A stretch of DNA of 63,359 nucleotides, filler included, from Chiloscyllium plagiosum (taxonomy: Eukaryota), in NCBI RefSeq assembly GCF_004010195.1. It is 5 parts of one record of this genome, joined end to end, with 100 filler letters (N's around TTAATTAATTAA, not from the genome) between each part and the next. Parts side by side here need not be neighbours in the genome. Positions count along the whole stretch, not along the records: positions 7,340 to 28,370 come from NC_057711.1; positions 28,471 to 54,150 come from NC_057711.1; 3 more parts are not named here. The stretch is one strand, 5' to 3'. A program made the translations under genes and the position numbers. The notes under the pieces are model-generated. The model saw nothing but the letters and a program-made list of their open reading frames with translations. It was not told the origin of the DNA and searched no databases. Below, piece after piece: positions 24,890 through 36,979 of the stretch. The number at the start of each line of letters is the position of its first letter. Within the stretch, counting starts at the first letter, position 1.

Positions 24890-27117
24890 CTTCCAATTAA
24901 ACCTGTTGGACTATAACCCGGTGCTGTGTGATTTTTAACTTTGTACACCCCAGTCCAACACCAGCATCTCCAAATCATGACCCTTTACTTACACATGGAG
25001 AGTCCTTGACACTGATCCAGCTCCCTCAGAGCCAGCTGTCAGAGTGAACAGCATGTCTGACACTCCTGTTTTTATCTGTCAGCCAGGGCTCCACTACACC
25101 TGAGCCCTCCACTACACCTAATGAAGGAGCGTCGCTCCGAAAGCTAGTGTGCTTCCAATTAAACCTGTTGGACTATAACCTGGTGTTGTGTGATGTTCAA
25201 CTTTAAACTTACAGAGTGTGTGTAAGTGACTGAAATCAAGCGAAGCACATTCTTTTGTTTCCCTTTTGAGTGTCTGCTCTAAGAATTTGAACAGATTTGT
25301 CCAGTATATAGAGCTAAAACCGACATGTTTGCTGTATGGTTTCCTTCTGTGCTGTATAGTAAAAAGCTCTGCACCTATTTTGGAATTATTTCATGTAGTG
25401 TTTGATTCTTGTGCGAGGTTTGCCTACAGATCTGGACTAAAGGTTTGCATCAGGCAAATGAGTCAATGACAATAATTAATTGCCTGCTTACACAGAGGAA
25501 CATACTCAGGGCAGCTGTCTGTACAATGCAACCCTTGGGGGACAGGATAAGGGGCAGTGATTGGATTCATTTTGGACTACCTTGAGCCAAAGTCAATGTC
25601 ATCGCTTCGAGGATTAGAAGTATTAATGAAACACTTGTGTCCCTTTAACTGGATTCCTTTCCTTGATGTACTGAACTCCTTTGGCTTAGAGCTTAATAGA
25701 GCCTGTATTACAGACTACACAGCACACATTCTGTTTGAGTCATGAATTTACTTCAAATGACTTTAGCATCTGCTGGTGTTCACAGTTCATTTGTATATTC
25801 AGCTACATGTGAATTAGCAGACGATAATATCCTACATACTTTTATTAAATAATTGAAGCATAGAATGACATAGCGGAAAGGGAGGTCTTTCGGTCTATAA
25901 TAGCAATAAAGACTCTTTGAAAGAGCTATTCACCTAACCACCCTTACCCCAGACCCCTATAATTTTTAATCCATGAAATATTTATCCAAATTCAAAAGTT
26001 ACAACTGAATCTGTTTCCGACAATCCTTCAAACAATGCATTTAAGGTTCCAGCAACACACTATGCAAAAATATTTCTTCTCAGGTTCTTTTGCTGTTTTC
26101 CACTTGCATTCAGTGGTGGGAAGATGGGTGGTGGGTGCAACTTCAGTGTTGCTGGTGAGGGAATTCCAGGACTTTTATCCAGTGATAGTGAAAGGATGAT
26201 GACATAGTTCCGACTCAGGATGGTGTATGACTTGAAGGGGAACTTGCAACTGGTGATCTTTCAATGCCATCTCCTGCCCTTGTCCTTTGAGATTGCAAAG
26301 GTTGCTGCTTGGAAGCTTTCTCTGAAGGAACCTCAGTAACTTTTTTCATTGTATCTTGTCGATGATTCACTGTAATAGCCCTCTCCATCAATGGAGGAGT
26401 GAATATTTAAGGTGGTGGGCTGGGTGCTAATCAAGGCGCAAGTGCTTTTGCCAGAAACATCGATTTTCCTTCTCCTTGGATGCTGCCTGACCTGCTGTGC
26501 TTTTCCAGGACCACACTGTTGACTCTGGGTGCCAATTAAGCTGGCTGCTTTATCCCAAATGGCGTTGATTTTCTTGAGTGTTCTTGGAGCTCACCTCATC
26601 CAGGCAAGTGGAGGGTGTTCATTCACACTCTTTGGAGATAATGGGGAGTCCAGAAATGAAATATTCACAACAGAATTTGCAGCATAACTTGTGCATGTAG
26701 CTGCAGCATTTATATAGCTACCCCCAGGATGTTCACAGTGCAGGATTCAATCTTAATACTGGGGTTGAATATGAAGGGGAGATGGTTATGCTCTCTGTTT
26801 TTGGAGATGCTTTAGATTCCAGAATGTGCAGGCATTGTATCTTTAAAAGACAGTCACATGAAATTACAACATGGACATTCCCATGTAAAATTATTGCTTT
26901 TTGCCTTCAGTCACCCTTTCTGGGTAGTGCAGTTAGTGCAATGTCTTCTGTCAGTTGGCTATATGCATGTAATGTACAATAACATCAGAAGTAATATTGT
27001 AACCATGTATTGTAACATAGTATTGTAACCATGTAACTAGCCAACGTTGTCAGTAAACTTCAAGAATTCTGATTTAACAAGAACCCGACTGTCTGTGGTA
27101 TGTGTGATGTGGACTAA

Positions 27118-28370
27118 CATGCAGAAAACCACGTGGCTAAGGGATTGGTGTGGGAAAGAGGGATTCCACTTCATGGGGCATTGGCATCAGTTTTGGAACC
27201 ACGGGGATCTGTACTGTTGGGACGGTCTCCAACTGAACCGATCAGGTGCCAGTGTTCTAGCGAAGAGGATAAATAGGGTGGTCAGTAGGACTTTAAACTT
27301 CTGAGTTGGGGGGAAGGGAAAGTTAAAGCGACAGGGAATATGGAGTTAAATGGAAAGATAAGCACAGGATAGCATGTGTGCAGGCAGATTTAAACTTGAG
27401 GCAGACTGGGAATGCAGCAAAAAGGAAGGATAACTTAGGACATCTTATGACTTCCAATATCTCTATGGATAAGAAAGTTAGCACTTTACCTGAATGCTCG
27501 TAGCATTCGTAACAAAGCAGATGAATTAATGGCACAGATCATTGTGAATGATTATGATGTGGTAGGCATTACAGAGATGTGGTTGCAGGGGGGTCAGGTC
27601 TGGCAGTTAAACATCCAAGGATTTTCAACTTATCGAAAAGACAGGGAGGTAGGCAGAGGGGACGGGGTTTCTTTGTTAGTTAATACCATAAGACCATAGA
27701 CATAGGAGCAAAAGTAAGGCCATTCGGCCCATCGAGTCCACTCTGCCATTCAATCATGGCTGATGGGCATTTCAACTCCACTTACCCGCATTCTTCCCGT
27801 AGCCCTTAATTCCTTGTGACATCAAGAATCTATCAATATCTGCCTTGAAGACATTTAGCATCCCGGCCTCCACTGCACTGTGCGGCAATGAATTCCACAG
27901 GCCCACCACTCTCTGGCTGAAGAAATGTCTAGATCCTTCTGCAGCCTCCCCACTTCCTCAGTACTACCTACCTGTCCACCTAACTTCGTATCATCAGCAA
28001 ACTTCGCTAGAATGCCCCCAATCCCTTCATCCAGATCATTAATATATAATGTGAACAGCTGCGGCCCCAACACTGAACCCTGCGGGACACCGCTTGTCAC
28101 CAGTGGATCCAAAGAAAGGGAATTCATGGAATGCTTACAGGTATAATTGAGGACACAGTACAAAGGTTCATTCCCAAGAAAAGAAAGATTATCCGGGGAG
28201 GGATTAGACAGCCATGGCTGACAAAGGTAGTCAGGAGATATCCTATAAAGTGGCCATGAGCACTGGGAAATCAGAAGATTGGGAAGGCTACAAAAACAAA
28301 CAGAGGATAACAAAGAGAGAAATAAGGAAGGAAAGGATCAAATATGAAGGTAGGCTAGCCAGTAATATTA
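27118..28370 (+). mobile_element. CR1 LINE fragment (ORF1 esterase C-terminus plus ORF2 APE start) with a nested minus-strand CR1 piece at about 27684-28101
   Basis: WLRDWCGKEGFHFMGHW...DGLQLNRSGASVLA (SGNH-like ORF1) and LYLNARSIRNKADEL...VGITEMWL (APE). The nested piece has [24 protein letters not shown] and FADDTKLGG. Confidence 0.85.
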
Positions 28371-28470
28371 NNNNNNNNNNNNNNNNNNNNNNNNNNNNNN
28401 NNNNNNNNNNNNNNTTAATTAATTAANNNNNNNNNNNNNNNNNNNNNNNNNNNNNNNNNNNNNNNNNNNN
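28371..28470. other. Assembly gap: N44-TTAATTAATTAA-N44 spacer
   Basis: Same 100-bp construct as 7240-7339. Confidence 0.97.
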
Positions 28471-28687
28471 GGTGGTACGTGTATGGAATGAGCTGACAGA
28501 GGAAGTGGTGGAGGCTGGTACAATTGCAACATTTAAGAGGCATTTGGATGGGTATATGAATAGGAAGGGTTTGGAGGGATATTGGCCAGGTGGGACTCGA
28601 TTGGGTTGGGATATCTGGTCGGCGTGGACAGGTTGGACTGAAGGGTCTGGTTCCATGCTGTACATCTCTATGACCCTATGACTCTAT
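28471..28687 (+). mobile_element. CR1 LINE 3' end
   Basis: VVRVWNELTEEVVEAGTIATFKRHLDGYM and a ctatga tail. Confidence 0.9.
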
Positions 28688-28699
28688 GTGTGCGTGTAT

Positions 28700-28925
28700 G
28701 AGATAGAGCTTGTCTATGAGAGAGAGGGTGTGCATGTGTGTGTGTGTGTGCGCGTGTGAGTGAGACTGAGAGAGAGAGTGTGTATAGTGTAATGGGGTCA
28801 CTTGTCGTCTGACATGAACCCATGGTCACAGTTGAGGCCATTTCCATGGGTACCGAACGTGGCTATCAGCCTCTGCTCAGCCACTTTGCGTTGTTACTTG
28901 TCCCAAAGTTTGCCTTGCAGGATAC
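28700..28925 (-). mobile_element. PLE GIY-YIG C-terminal fragment plus CA-rich 3' region
   Basis: Reverse complement matches the end of the ORF at 45510-45890 (AEQRLIATFGTHGNGLN). Confidence 0.75.
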
Positions 28926-29465
28926 TCTCTCATATGCGTGCACATACACACACTTCCCCCCCCCCACCCATGCATTTTAGCAGAACAACAGTGTGTTGAA
29001 ATAATTCAATGGAAAGGATTAGTGAGGTTTTATATTGTTCACCAGCTTTCTTAGTCCTTCTCATAAATTCTCTGACATGGCCATAAAATCCTAACATCTG
29101 GGAGCAGTTTGAATGTCTCTCATTTGTTAAATAAATGTACAGGTCATTCTGCTATAATGCACGTTGCATTAATGTGAATTTGCTGTAACGTGATTGATGA
29201 ATCGGGAACAATGTTTCTAAAGTGTGAACTTTTAAAATGTGTGTTGGCTGTAACGCAATTACATCACCAACACTTTAAGCGCTGTCTCTAAAGCACAAAT
29301 TTTCTATAATGCGCAGTGTTGAACAAGAACGCAACCATCGCATTATAGAAGAACTACCTGTATTATGGAAATGCTGTAATGGTAATGCTTGCTATTCCTG
29401 AATGTACCAGAGGATGGCGTATCTACCTTTTAAAACAAATGGGGCAAAACATTCTTAATACTGGG

Positions 29466-29799
29466 AGAAAGTGAGGACTGCAGATGCTGGAGATCAGAGA
29501 TGAAAATGTGTTGCTGGAAAAGCGCAGCAGGTCAGGCAGCATCCAAGGAGCAGAAGAATCGATGTTTCGGGCATGAGCCCTTTTTCAGGAATGAGGAAAG
29601 TGTGTCCAGCAGGCTAAGATAAAAGATAGGGAGGAGGGACTTGGAGGAGGGGCGTTCCTATCGCATTTCCAACACCCCTCCCCCAAATCCCTCCTCCCTA
29701 CCTTTTATCTTAGCCTGCTTAGCACATTTTTCTCATTCCTGAAGAAGGGCTCATGCCCGAAACGTCGATTCTCCTGCTCCTTGGATGCTGCCTGACCTC
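29466..29799. mobile_element. PLE-derived fold-back insertion (family A)
   Basis: TSD CATTCTTAATACTGGG at 29450-29465 and 29800-29815. Arms at about 29530-29655 and 29670-29798 are inverted copies. Confidence 0.88.
29735..29770 (+). ncRNA. Minimal hammerhead motif (family A)
   Basis: ATTC-CTGAAGA-a-GGGC-tcat-GCCC-GAA-ACGT-C-GATT. Confidence 0.72.
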
Positions 29800-31440
29800 C
29801 ATTCTTAATACTGGGCCAACTTCAATTTTCTTTCCTGTTTGTCGACCTTTGACCCTGGGATAGTCATGAGGGGGAGGTGCTTAGCATAGAGGGATAGCCC
29901 TCATTACATCCATGACACTGACCAGGTGGCTCTGAGAGGGATAAGGAAAATCGGACAAGCACTTTAGCACTTGTCAATAGGGCAGATCCACCTATGTTTG
30001 TTCCCCATTGCTGCAGAGATAAGTACCCTGTTTCACTAGGGATGTTTCCATTGCTCCCAAACAGTGGACATTGGGAGAACCTCTGCTGTGCCCGCAAAGC
30101 ATAGGAGATTGGTTAGCTCAGTTCACTGGGGTGATGTAGAGTAATATTAACAGATGGATTTAGTTGCCACACTGGCTGAGGTTATCATGAAGCACTCTCC
30201 TTCTCAACCTCTCCTTTTGCCTAAGATAAAGTGACACTTACGTTAAACCACCACTAGTTATGTCTCTGTCTCTAATCAGAGAGCAGTTCAATGATCCTGT
30301 AGGACAATGGTGACTATACCTTGCAGTTTGAAATCTCTTTATTTTTCCAACCTGGTCTCTTGCTCCATCCTGCCTTCAGCTAGAGTTTCCTTCACAAATC
30401 CCTCTCCCTCTCTACTTCGCCTTTCAGATCCTCCTTAACTTTTGACCAAGGTCAGTGGGTGGTGCTCTCAGTGCTGGATCAGCACGTGGCAGGTTCAAAT
30501 CCCACTCCAGAGACCTCAAACATATTGTTGCTTCTGCCTGATTCCTTAGTGTTTGAACCAGATTTTCCTGATCTGGTTGAGCACATCATATTCTCACATT
30601 GCTAAAAACATTCCCATCTACTCATTCAATTCAAGGACCAAGGAGTGTAAGGTGGAGTGTAAAGTGCCATGAAATTTAGAAGTGGAAAAGTGGTTTTGCG
30701 TAAACCCTCGTCACAAAAAAGAGCCTTGTTATTATTGATCCAATTCCCAATGTCCATGCTGCATTTGTTTCATAAATCCCCTTTGCATTTTCTGTGACAA
30801 TTAATATTGTACAGAACTCAAGTCTTGATGTAAAAAGAGACACATTGCTGAGGATTTTGACTGTGCCATCATGAGGACATGGGCAAGAATACCAAACGTC
30901 ACATATCTCCCTTTGAGTGTAACATTCTTGTGCCACTCCTGAATAATTGCAAAATGAAAAGAGCTTAACAACATTTCTCCTTTATCAGCTAAAATAATTA
31001 TGCTCCCCATCAGTCTAGCTCAGTGACTGAGAATACAGGGAGGTATACTGTATAATGGCCAAGTTTTATAAATAATTCACACTGGATCTTAAATGTCCAG
31101 GAACGTTTTGACCCAAATTCTCCATCTGATCTGGAGCACAGTGTAACATCTTCACCTGTCAGTTATGGTTCAGGAAGTAGCGCTCTTGCCACTAAGTCAA
31201 GGAGGGCTGGGATGTCAAGTCCTTCTTCAGATATTTGAGCACAAACTTTAGGTGCTCCTGAAATGGAGCTGAGGGACTGCTGCACTGTCAGAGGTTGATG
31301 TTGGATGAGATGTATAAGCACTCATGTAGAACATTTATCCGTTAACCAACATCACTGGCAATGTCACATTACTGTGTATGGGAGCTTGTTGTGCACAAAT
31401 TAGATGCTGCTTTTTTCCTATATTACAATGATGTTATGAT

Positions 31441-31992
31441 CCAAAAGAGTAACAAAAAGATGGGGTACTGGGCTAATGGTCGGATACTTGGTAGTGTGGA
31501 TGAGCAGAGGGATCTTGGTGTCCATGTACACAGATCTTTGAAAGTTGCCACCCAGGTAAATAGTGCGGTGAAGAAGGCATATGGCGTACTGGCTTTTATT
31601 GGTAGAGGAATTGAGTTCCGGAGTTGGGAGGTCATGCTGCAGGTGTACAGGACATTAGTTAGGCCACTGTTGGAATATTGTATGCAATTTTGGTCTCCTT
31701 CCTATCGGAAAGATANNNNNNNNNNNNNNNNNNNNNNNNNNNNNNNNNNNNNNNNNNNNNNNNNNNNNNNNNNNNNNNNNNNNNNNNNNNNNNNNNNNNN
31801 NNNNNNNNNNNNNNNNNNNNNNNNNNNNNNNNNNNNNNNNNNNNNNNNNNNNNNNNNNNNNNNNNNNCGGGCATTGGATAGGTATATGGAGGATAGTGGG
31901 CTAGTGTAGGTTAGGTGGGCTTGGATCGGCGCAACATCGAGGGCCGAAGGGCCTGTACTGCGCTGTATTCTTCTATGTTCTATGTTCTATGT
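31441..31992 (+). mobile_element. CR1 LINE 3' part spanning a gap
   Basis: EQRDLGVHVHRSLKV...YRTLVRPLLEYCMQFWSP and a (TTCTATG)n tail at about 31968-31992. Confidence 0.88.
31716..31866. other. Assembly gap (151 N, no spacer)
   Basis: Run of N inside a CR1 element. Confidence 0.98.
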
Positions 31993-32953
31993 AATTAGGG
32001 ATTGTTTACAATTCAAAGTGAAATCACAATACCTATTAGAACTATACCACAGCTTTTAACTTTCACTTTTATACCAAAGATTTAATTTACGTATATGTTA
32101 TGCAAGATTTACTTGCTAATTCCATGGAGCATTTTCTGAGCAGACGTATCAATGTTAAAGGTATAGCCATCCCTAGTATGCCACAGTCCTTTGGAGATTT
32201 TTTTCTCAGCTCCAGCTAATCTCAGACATAAAACTTTCATTTACCTTCTTTGGTATGTGGAGGCCTCAGTCTCTCTCTCTCTCTCTCTTTCTCTCTGTTT
32301 AGTGGTTGAATACTTCCAAGTGAATTATTTACTTTCTTTTGCAATAAGACACAGAGATCCTTTGTAGATTCTCCCATTCTCTTCTAACAAGGAAAGCCTC
32401 TGACTAGTATTTGCACATGCAAATCAAACCAAGATTAAGCCTCATCCACATTCCATTCAGACAATGATTATTTTGTATCTACAGTGCAGATTTATCTATC
32501 ATTTGGTTTTGTAATTTCACTAAATTGTAAGCTGCACAAGGCCCGACTGCAAATAGAAACTCTCCCAGCAAACACAGAAATGAATTCAAACTGAGAGATA
32601 TTATAAACTCCACCCAAGGTGACACAGGCAATCCTTAAACTGACCGTTGCATTAATTACTGGAAAAGCTCAGCAGGTCTGCCAGAACGTGTGCAGAGACA
32701 TCAGAGTTAACGTTTTAGTCCAGTGGCCCTTCCTCAGAACTTTTGTTTCTGATTTGAAGGACTCACAGTTGTTTTTTTTGGGTTTTTTTTAAGTTAATTA
32801 TACCTTATTTACAATTTTTTGAGCTGATGAAGTAAATGGGTTACATAGTGCCTGGAATGAGGGCACATGGATCTCATTGACTATGACATTCTTAATTGGG
32901 GTTGTTAACCTGGGCCAATCGAAGAGCCCTGGCTGACAGATATAAACAGGAGA

Positions 32954-33217
32954 TTCTGGATTAGTGGTGCTGGAAGAGCACAGCAGTTCAGGCAGCATCC
33001 AAGGAGCTTCGAAATCGACGTTTCGGGCAAAAGCCCTTCATCAGGAATAAAGGCAGTGAGCCTGGAGCGTGGAGAGATAAGCTAGAGGAGGGTGGGGGTG
33101 AGAGCCTATCTTCCTGGTGGTGGAAATTGAATAAAGATTCGTGCACCTTGTGTCTCTCACTGTGTGTCACACCTGCACACACAATATAGGTGCTGGGGAA
33201 AAAAAAAGAGAAAAAAA
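32954..33217. mobile_element. Chimeric retro-insertion (antisense PLE end plus an unrelated A-tailed segment)
   Basis: 12-bp TSD ATAAACAGGAGA at 32942-32953 and 33218-33229. 32954 to about 33102 is an antisense family A PLE end; the remainder has AATAAA and an A-rich tail. Confidence 0.8.
33013..33048 (-). ncRNA. Minimal hammerhead motif (family A), canonical core
   Basis: Minus strand: ATTC-CTGATGA-a-GGGC-tttt-GCCC-GAA-ACGT-C-GATT. The same motif occurs at 59639-59674 (-). Confidence 0.78.
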
Positions 33218-33994
33218 ATAAACAGGAGAGACAGAGAGACTCCTCACTCTAGGGACTGGCTCTGAGCTGGCTGGCCAGAGTTCATGTACAGTGAACATGT
33301 AACAAAAGGGTGACTTGATGATGGAATACTGGCCTCTGTGCAGTTATTTCAGATTGTAACAGGATCTCACTGTTTACTGAATGCTTTTAAACTAATTTAA
33401 CTCTAAGACCCAAACAAAAGAATCTCCCTGGACTGAGTGTAGACATCACGTCTGTGTGTCTCCAGCTAAATCTTCTATTCTGAACTTCTGAACCTTAACT
33501 TAAATGTTATGTTCCTAAAAATAAAAGGTATATAATAAAATACATGAACCATGAACTAATTATTCATAACAACAAAACTTCAATCACTATAAAGAGCAGG
33601 GCCCCCTTTTCCTTCCACCAAGGATGGCTGGCAGTGCCTCAACATGTCATCTAACCGCTCCTTTGACAGTACAGTCCTCCCTCAGTTTTGCATTCAGAAT
33701 ATCATCTGAGATTTGGTGCTTAAGTCTCTAAAGTGGGACTGAGATCCATAACAACCCTTGGCTCAGAGTTGAGTGTACCAGCTGCTGAGTCAATGTGAGA
33801 GAATGGTACATTTTGCACTGCACTGCACCCCAGATTAAATCACCCTTTCAAGGTCAGCAACATGCATGGACATTGCGGTCATGAAATGCACTACAGAAAG
33901 TTCTTTTTGTGGAAATTTAAATCACTGGAACAAATGATTGCGCTGTCAATCTGACTCCACCAAGTTGTGAAAAAGATGTGTTTCTTCTTTATAG

Positions 33995-34171
33995 ATCTTC
34001 CCTCTGGTGACTACATCCAGGAGGACCGAGCCCGTTGCTCATTCCTCTGTGAACTGGGTCAGAACTGCTGTGATGAAATGGCAAGCTGCAAGTGTGGCAC
34101 CAACACTGGTCAATATGAGTGCATCTGCGAGAAGGGCTACTACGGCAAGGGACTACAGCATGAGTGCACAG
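33995..34171 (+). CDS. SVEP1: Internal coding exon of SVEP1 (sushi, vWA, EGF and pentraxin domain-containing 1), cysteine-rich/EGF-like segment just after the vWA domain
   Basis: Polypyrimidine tract plus AG acceptor (tttcttctttatag, AG at 33993-33994) and donor G|GTAGGA (GT at 34172). The exon is 177 bp, phase 1-1. It translates as (D)[58 protein letters not shown], which I recognise as matching vertebrate SVEP1 (DLPSG..IQ.D...[34 protein letters not shown]). I did not find the neighbouring exons in the window. Confidence 0.93.
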
Positions 34172-34299
34172 GTAGGAGGCTCTGTGTCCTCATGGCTCCT
34201 AATCTTTTCCATTGATTTGGGAAGCCAGGGCAGAATTTACATGCTGTATGTAAAGCTTTTTAAATGGCATTAGGAATAATCACTTCAGCATATAAATAA

Positions 34300-34485
34300 T
34301 GATTTGGAGATGCTGGTGTTGGACTGGGGTGTACAATGTTAAAGACCATACAACACCAGGTTATAGTCCAACAGGTTTCATTGGAAGCACACTAGATTTC
34401 GGAGCGTTGCTCCTTCATCAGGTGGTAGCTAGTGTGCTTCCAATTAAACCTGTTGGACTAAAACCTGGTGTTGTGTGATTTTTAA
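34300..34485. mobile_element. Short PLE fold-back insertion (family B), 128 bp after the SVEP1 exon
   Basis: 14-bp TSD CAGCATATAAATAA at 34286-34299 and 34486-34499, inverted arms, and a hammerhead-like motif at 34390-34424 (-). Confidence 0.88.
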
Positions 34486-34771
34486 CAGCATATAAATAAG
34501 ATAGTTATTCCTTGGAAAATCAACTGAGGTTTAAATGTACACAGATCTGAAGTAATAAAAACTCAAGTCAATGAAGGGATTCACCAGGGCATGCAACAAT
34601 TAATACTTGGATGTGAAGATTGGAGAAGGAAAAATGTAAAATTCTACACACCGGAAAAGCAGTAAATCATTGGATTCGATCTTTTTACTATCTTGTTGAA
34701 TACTGTGAAATTGTAATGGTCATGTTAAGTTGCACCAGTATCTAGTTCTCTGATGATCTTTTGATGTGAAC

Positions 34772-34902
34772 TGGGAGAGTGTGATGACTGCAGATGCTGG
34801 AGATCAGAGTCGAAGATGAAGAGCTTATGCTCGAAATATCGACTCTCCTGCTCCTCAGATGCTGCCTGACCAGCTGTCCTTTCCCAGCACCGTACTCTTC
34901 AA
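34772..34902. mobile_element. Short PLE family A remnant with inversion
   Basis: Antisense tail (gactgcagatgctggagatcagag) followed by sense gatgaagagcttatgctcgaaa. Imperfect TSD cttttga(tg/ca)tgaac. Confidence 0.7.
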
Positions 34903-35131
34903 CTTTTGACATGAACCGTTGAGTCTAATGAATCTCAACTAATCTTATGTAAATCTGATTGAGCGGCATATTTTAACAGTTTTTGCATTTTTTAGCTAAT
35001 TACTACTAATGTGATTCTCTGTCTCCAGGAGAACAACTCCAACCTATCCAATCATTCCTCATAGTGGAATTTTTCCAGTTCTAGCAACATCATCCTAAAT
35101 CTTTGTTTCACCCTGTACAGTGCAGTCACAT

Positions 35132-35672
35132 AGGTAAAAACAATGACTGCAGATGCTGGAAACCAGATTCTGGATTAGTGGAGCTGGAAGAGTACAGCAG
35201 TTCAGGCAGCATCCGAGGAGCAGCAAAATCCCGTTGCTGGTGTTTTTGAATCTGTAGTCTGTACTGTTTGTCCTGTTCGGGTCCGAACTCTGCTGGTTTA
35301 AAGGTGGTCCGGAGTCTGTGTGGGATGGGTTGGTTCCGGAGGCAGGCACTGAGGAAGCAAGTGTGGCTGTGGTAGCGAGTTTGTTTCAGGACATGGTTGA
35401 AGAGCTTCAGGGCAGAGGAAATGACCTGGGAGTTGCAGTGGGAGAGGGACTCCCTGAGATTCTTGTAGAGAGAGGAGGGAAACTTCTTCAAGGCAGGCAT
35501 CCTTGCAAGAGGATTCACAGTAGGGTTAAAATCAACTAGGTAAAAACAATGACTGCAGATGCTGGAAACCAGATTCTGGATTAGTGGTGCTGGAAGAGCA
35601 CAGCAGTTCAGGCAGCATCCGAGGAGCAGTAAATGTTGCCTGAACTGCTGTGCTCTTCCAGCACCACTAATC
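35132..35672 (-). mobile_element. Rearranged PLE: two direct terminal repeats flanking the ORF N-terminus, plus a short terminal inversion
   Basis: 14-bp TSD CAGTGCAGTCACAT at 35118-35131 and 35673-35686. Direct repeats at 35132-35230 and 35538-35634. Between them, MPALKK...RYHSHTCFLSACLRNQPIPHRL fits the PLE N-terminal H..FL..C....IP..L motif. Confidence 0.88.
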
Positions 35673-36979
35673 CAGTGCAGTCACATGTTCCATAATGAGG
35701 TGACCAGAACTACACAGTAATCAAGCCGTAACCTAACTAACGATATATACATTTCTGGCATAGCCTCCTGCTCTTGAACTCTGTAACTCAGCTAATGAAG
35801 CAAGGAATCCATATGTCTTTTAGACAACTTATTGACCTATCCTGCTCTCTTCAGGGATCAATGAACACTTATTCCAAGGCACCTCATTTATTCTATGCCT
35901 TATTTGATCTTAAAAAATGCATCATCTCACACTTTTCCAAGTTGCCAGATGTTTTCTTTTGTTTAGTGTTGAATTTAGAAATTAGGGTAATAATGGGGCT
36001 GTGTAGAAAACTACAAACTTTAAAAGCTGGATTAGGGATGGGGAGCTTTTTGCCTGGGCTTGATAGGTAGATTTCAATGCAGTTTTGAGCCATTTCACTT
36101 TTTATTATTTATTCATGGGCTGTGCACATTGACGGAATGAACATTTAATGCCTTTCGCTAATTAACATTGAGAAGGTAATGGTCAGCATCTTCTTGAACA
36201 TAATGGAGTGACTTGCTAAACCATTTCAGAAAGCAGTTGGGAGCCAATTATATTTCTATCCATCTGGAATCACATCCATAGAATGGATAAGGATGGCAGA
36301 TTTGCTTCCCTACAGGACATTATTGAATCAGATGGTGAACCAGTTTGATAAACTCCTCAATGGGGGCCATGCAGCCAATTTTTAAGATATTTGCAAACTT
36401 CTTGATCATGCTGCTGACACTTCCTTCCAAGTTGTTAATATATACCACAAAAAACACAGGGAACCTATACTGAGCTCTGCAGAACCATACTAGGTAACCC
36501 AGTCACACAAAAAAAACAATTCACAATTACCCTGTGTTGTCTGCTAGTGACCCATTTTTGTATCCAACTAGCTACATTCTCCTGGATCCCATGAGTTTTC
36601 TTTTAACCATGTGGAACCTTGCAAAACCTTGCTAAAATCCAAATAGGCCACATCAACTGCACTGTCCTTATCAACCCTTTTTTGTTTCTTCCACAACAAA
36701 GTCAATTAAGTTCATCAGGTACTATTTTCCTTTAACAAATCCATGCTGACTATTCTTGATTGATCCACATCTTCATAAATAACAGTTTATTGAGTCTCTC
36801 GGAATTGATTCCAGTATAGACTAACCGGCCTGCAATTACTTGCCTTGTCCCTCACTTCCTTCCAAAAATAAAACATTCGTAGCCCTCCAATCCACAGGCA
36901 CCATACCTGTATGCAATGAGAATCGGAAAATTGTGGTCAGTCCTTTTGCTATTCCCTTGCTGGTTTCTTCTTTCATCTA

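Larger units (their letters stand above)
24391..24979. mobile_element. PLE-derived fold-back element (family B) with about 230-bp inverted arms
   Basis: 12-bp TSD ACCCTTTACTTA at 24379-24390 and 24980-24991. Arms 24391-24620 and 24710-24939 are reverse complements, with an unpaired 3' tail at 24940-24979. Confidence 0.9.
24339..25092 (-). mobile_element. Partial solo LTR related to the Gypsy LTR, interrupted by a PLE insertion
   Basis: Reverse complement has ggagccctggctgacagataaaaacaggagtgtcaga ... aaagggtgacttggtgatgg ... gtggagttatttc, matching 11265-11504. Confidence 0.8.
32845..33351 (+). mobile_element. Solo LTR related to the Gypsy LTR, interrupted at 32954-33217
   Basis: ttggggttgttaacctgggccaatc.aagagccctggctgacagatataaacaggag ... 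aaagggtgacttgatgatgg ... ctctgtgcagttatttca. Confidence 0.8.
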
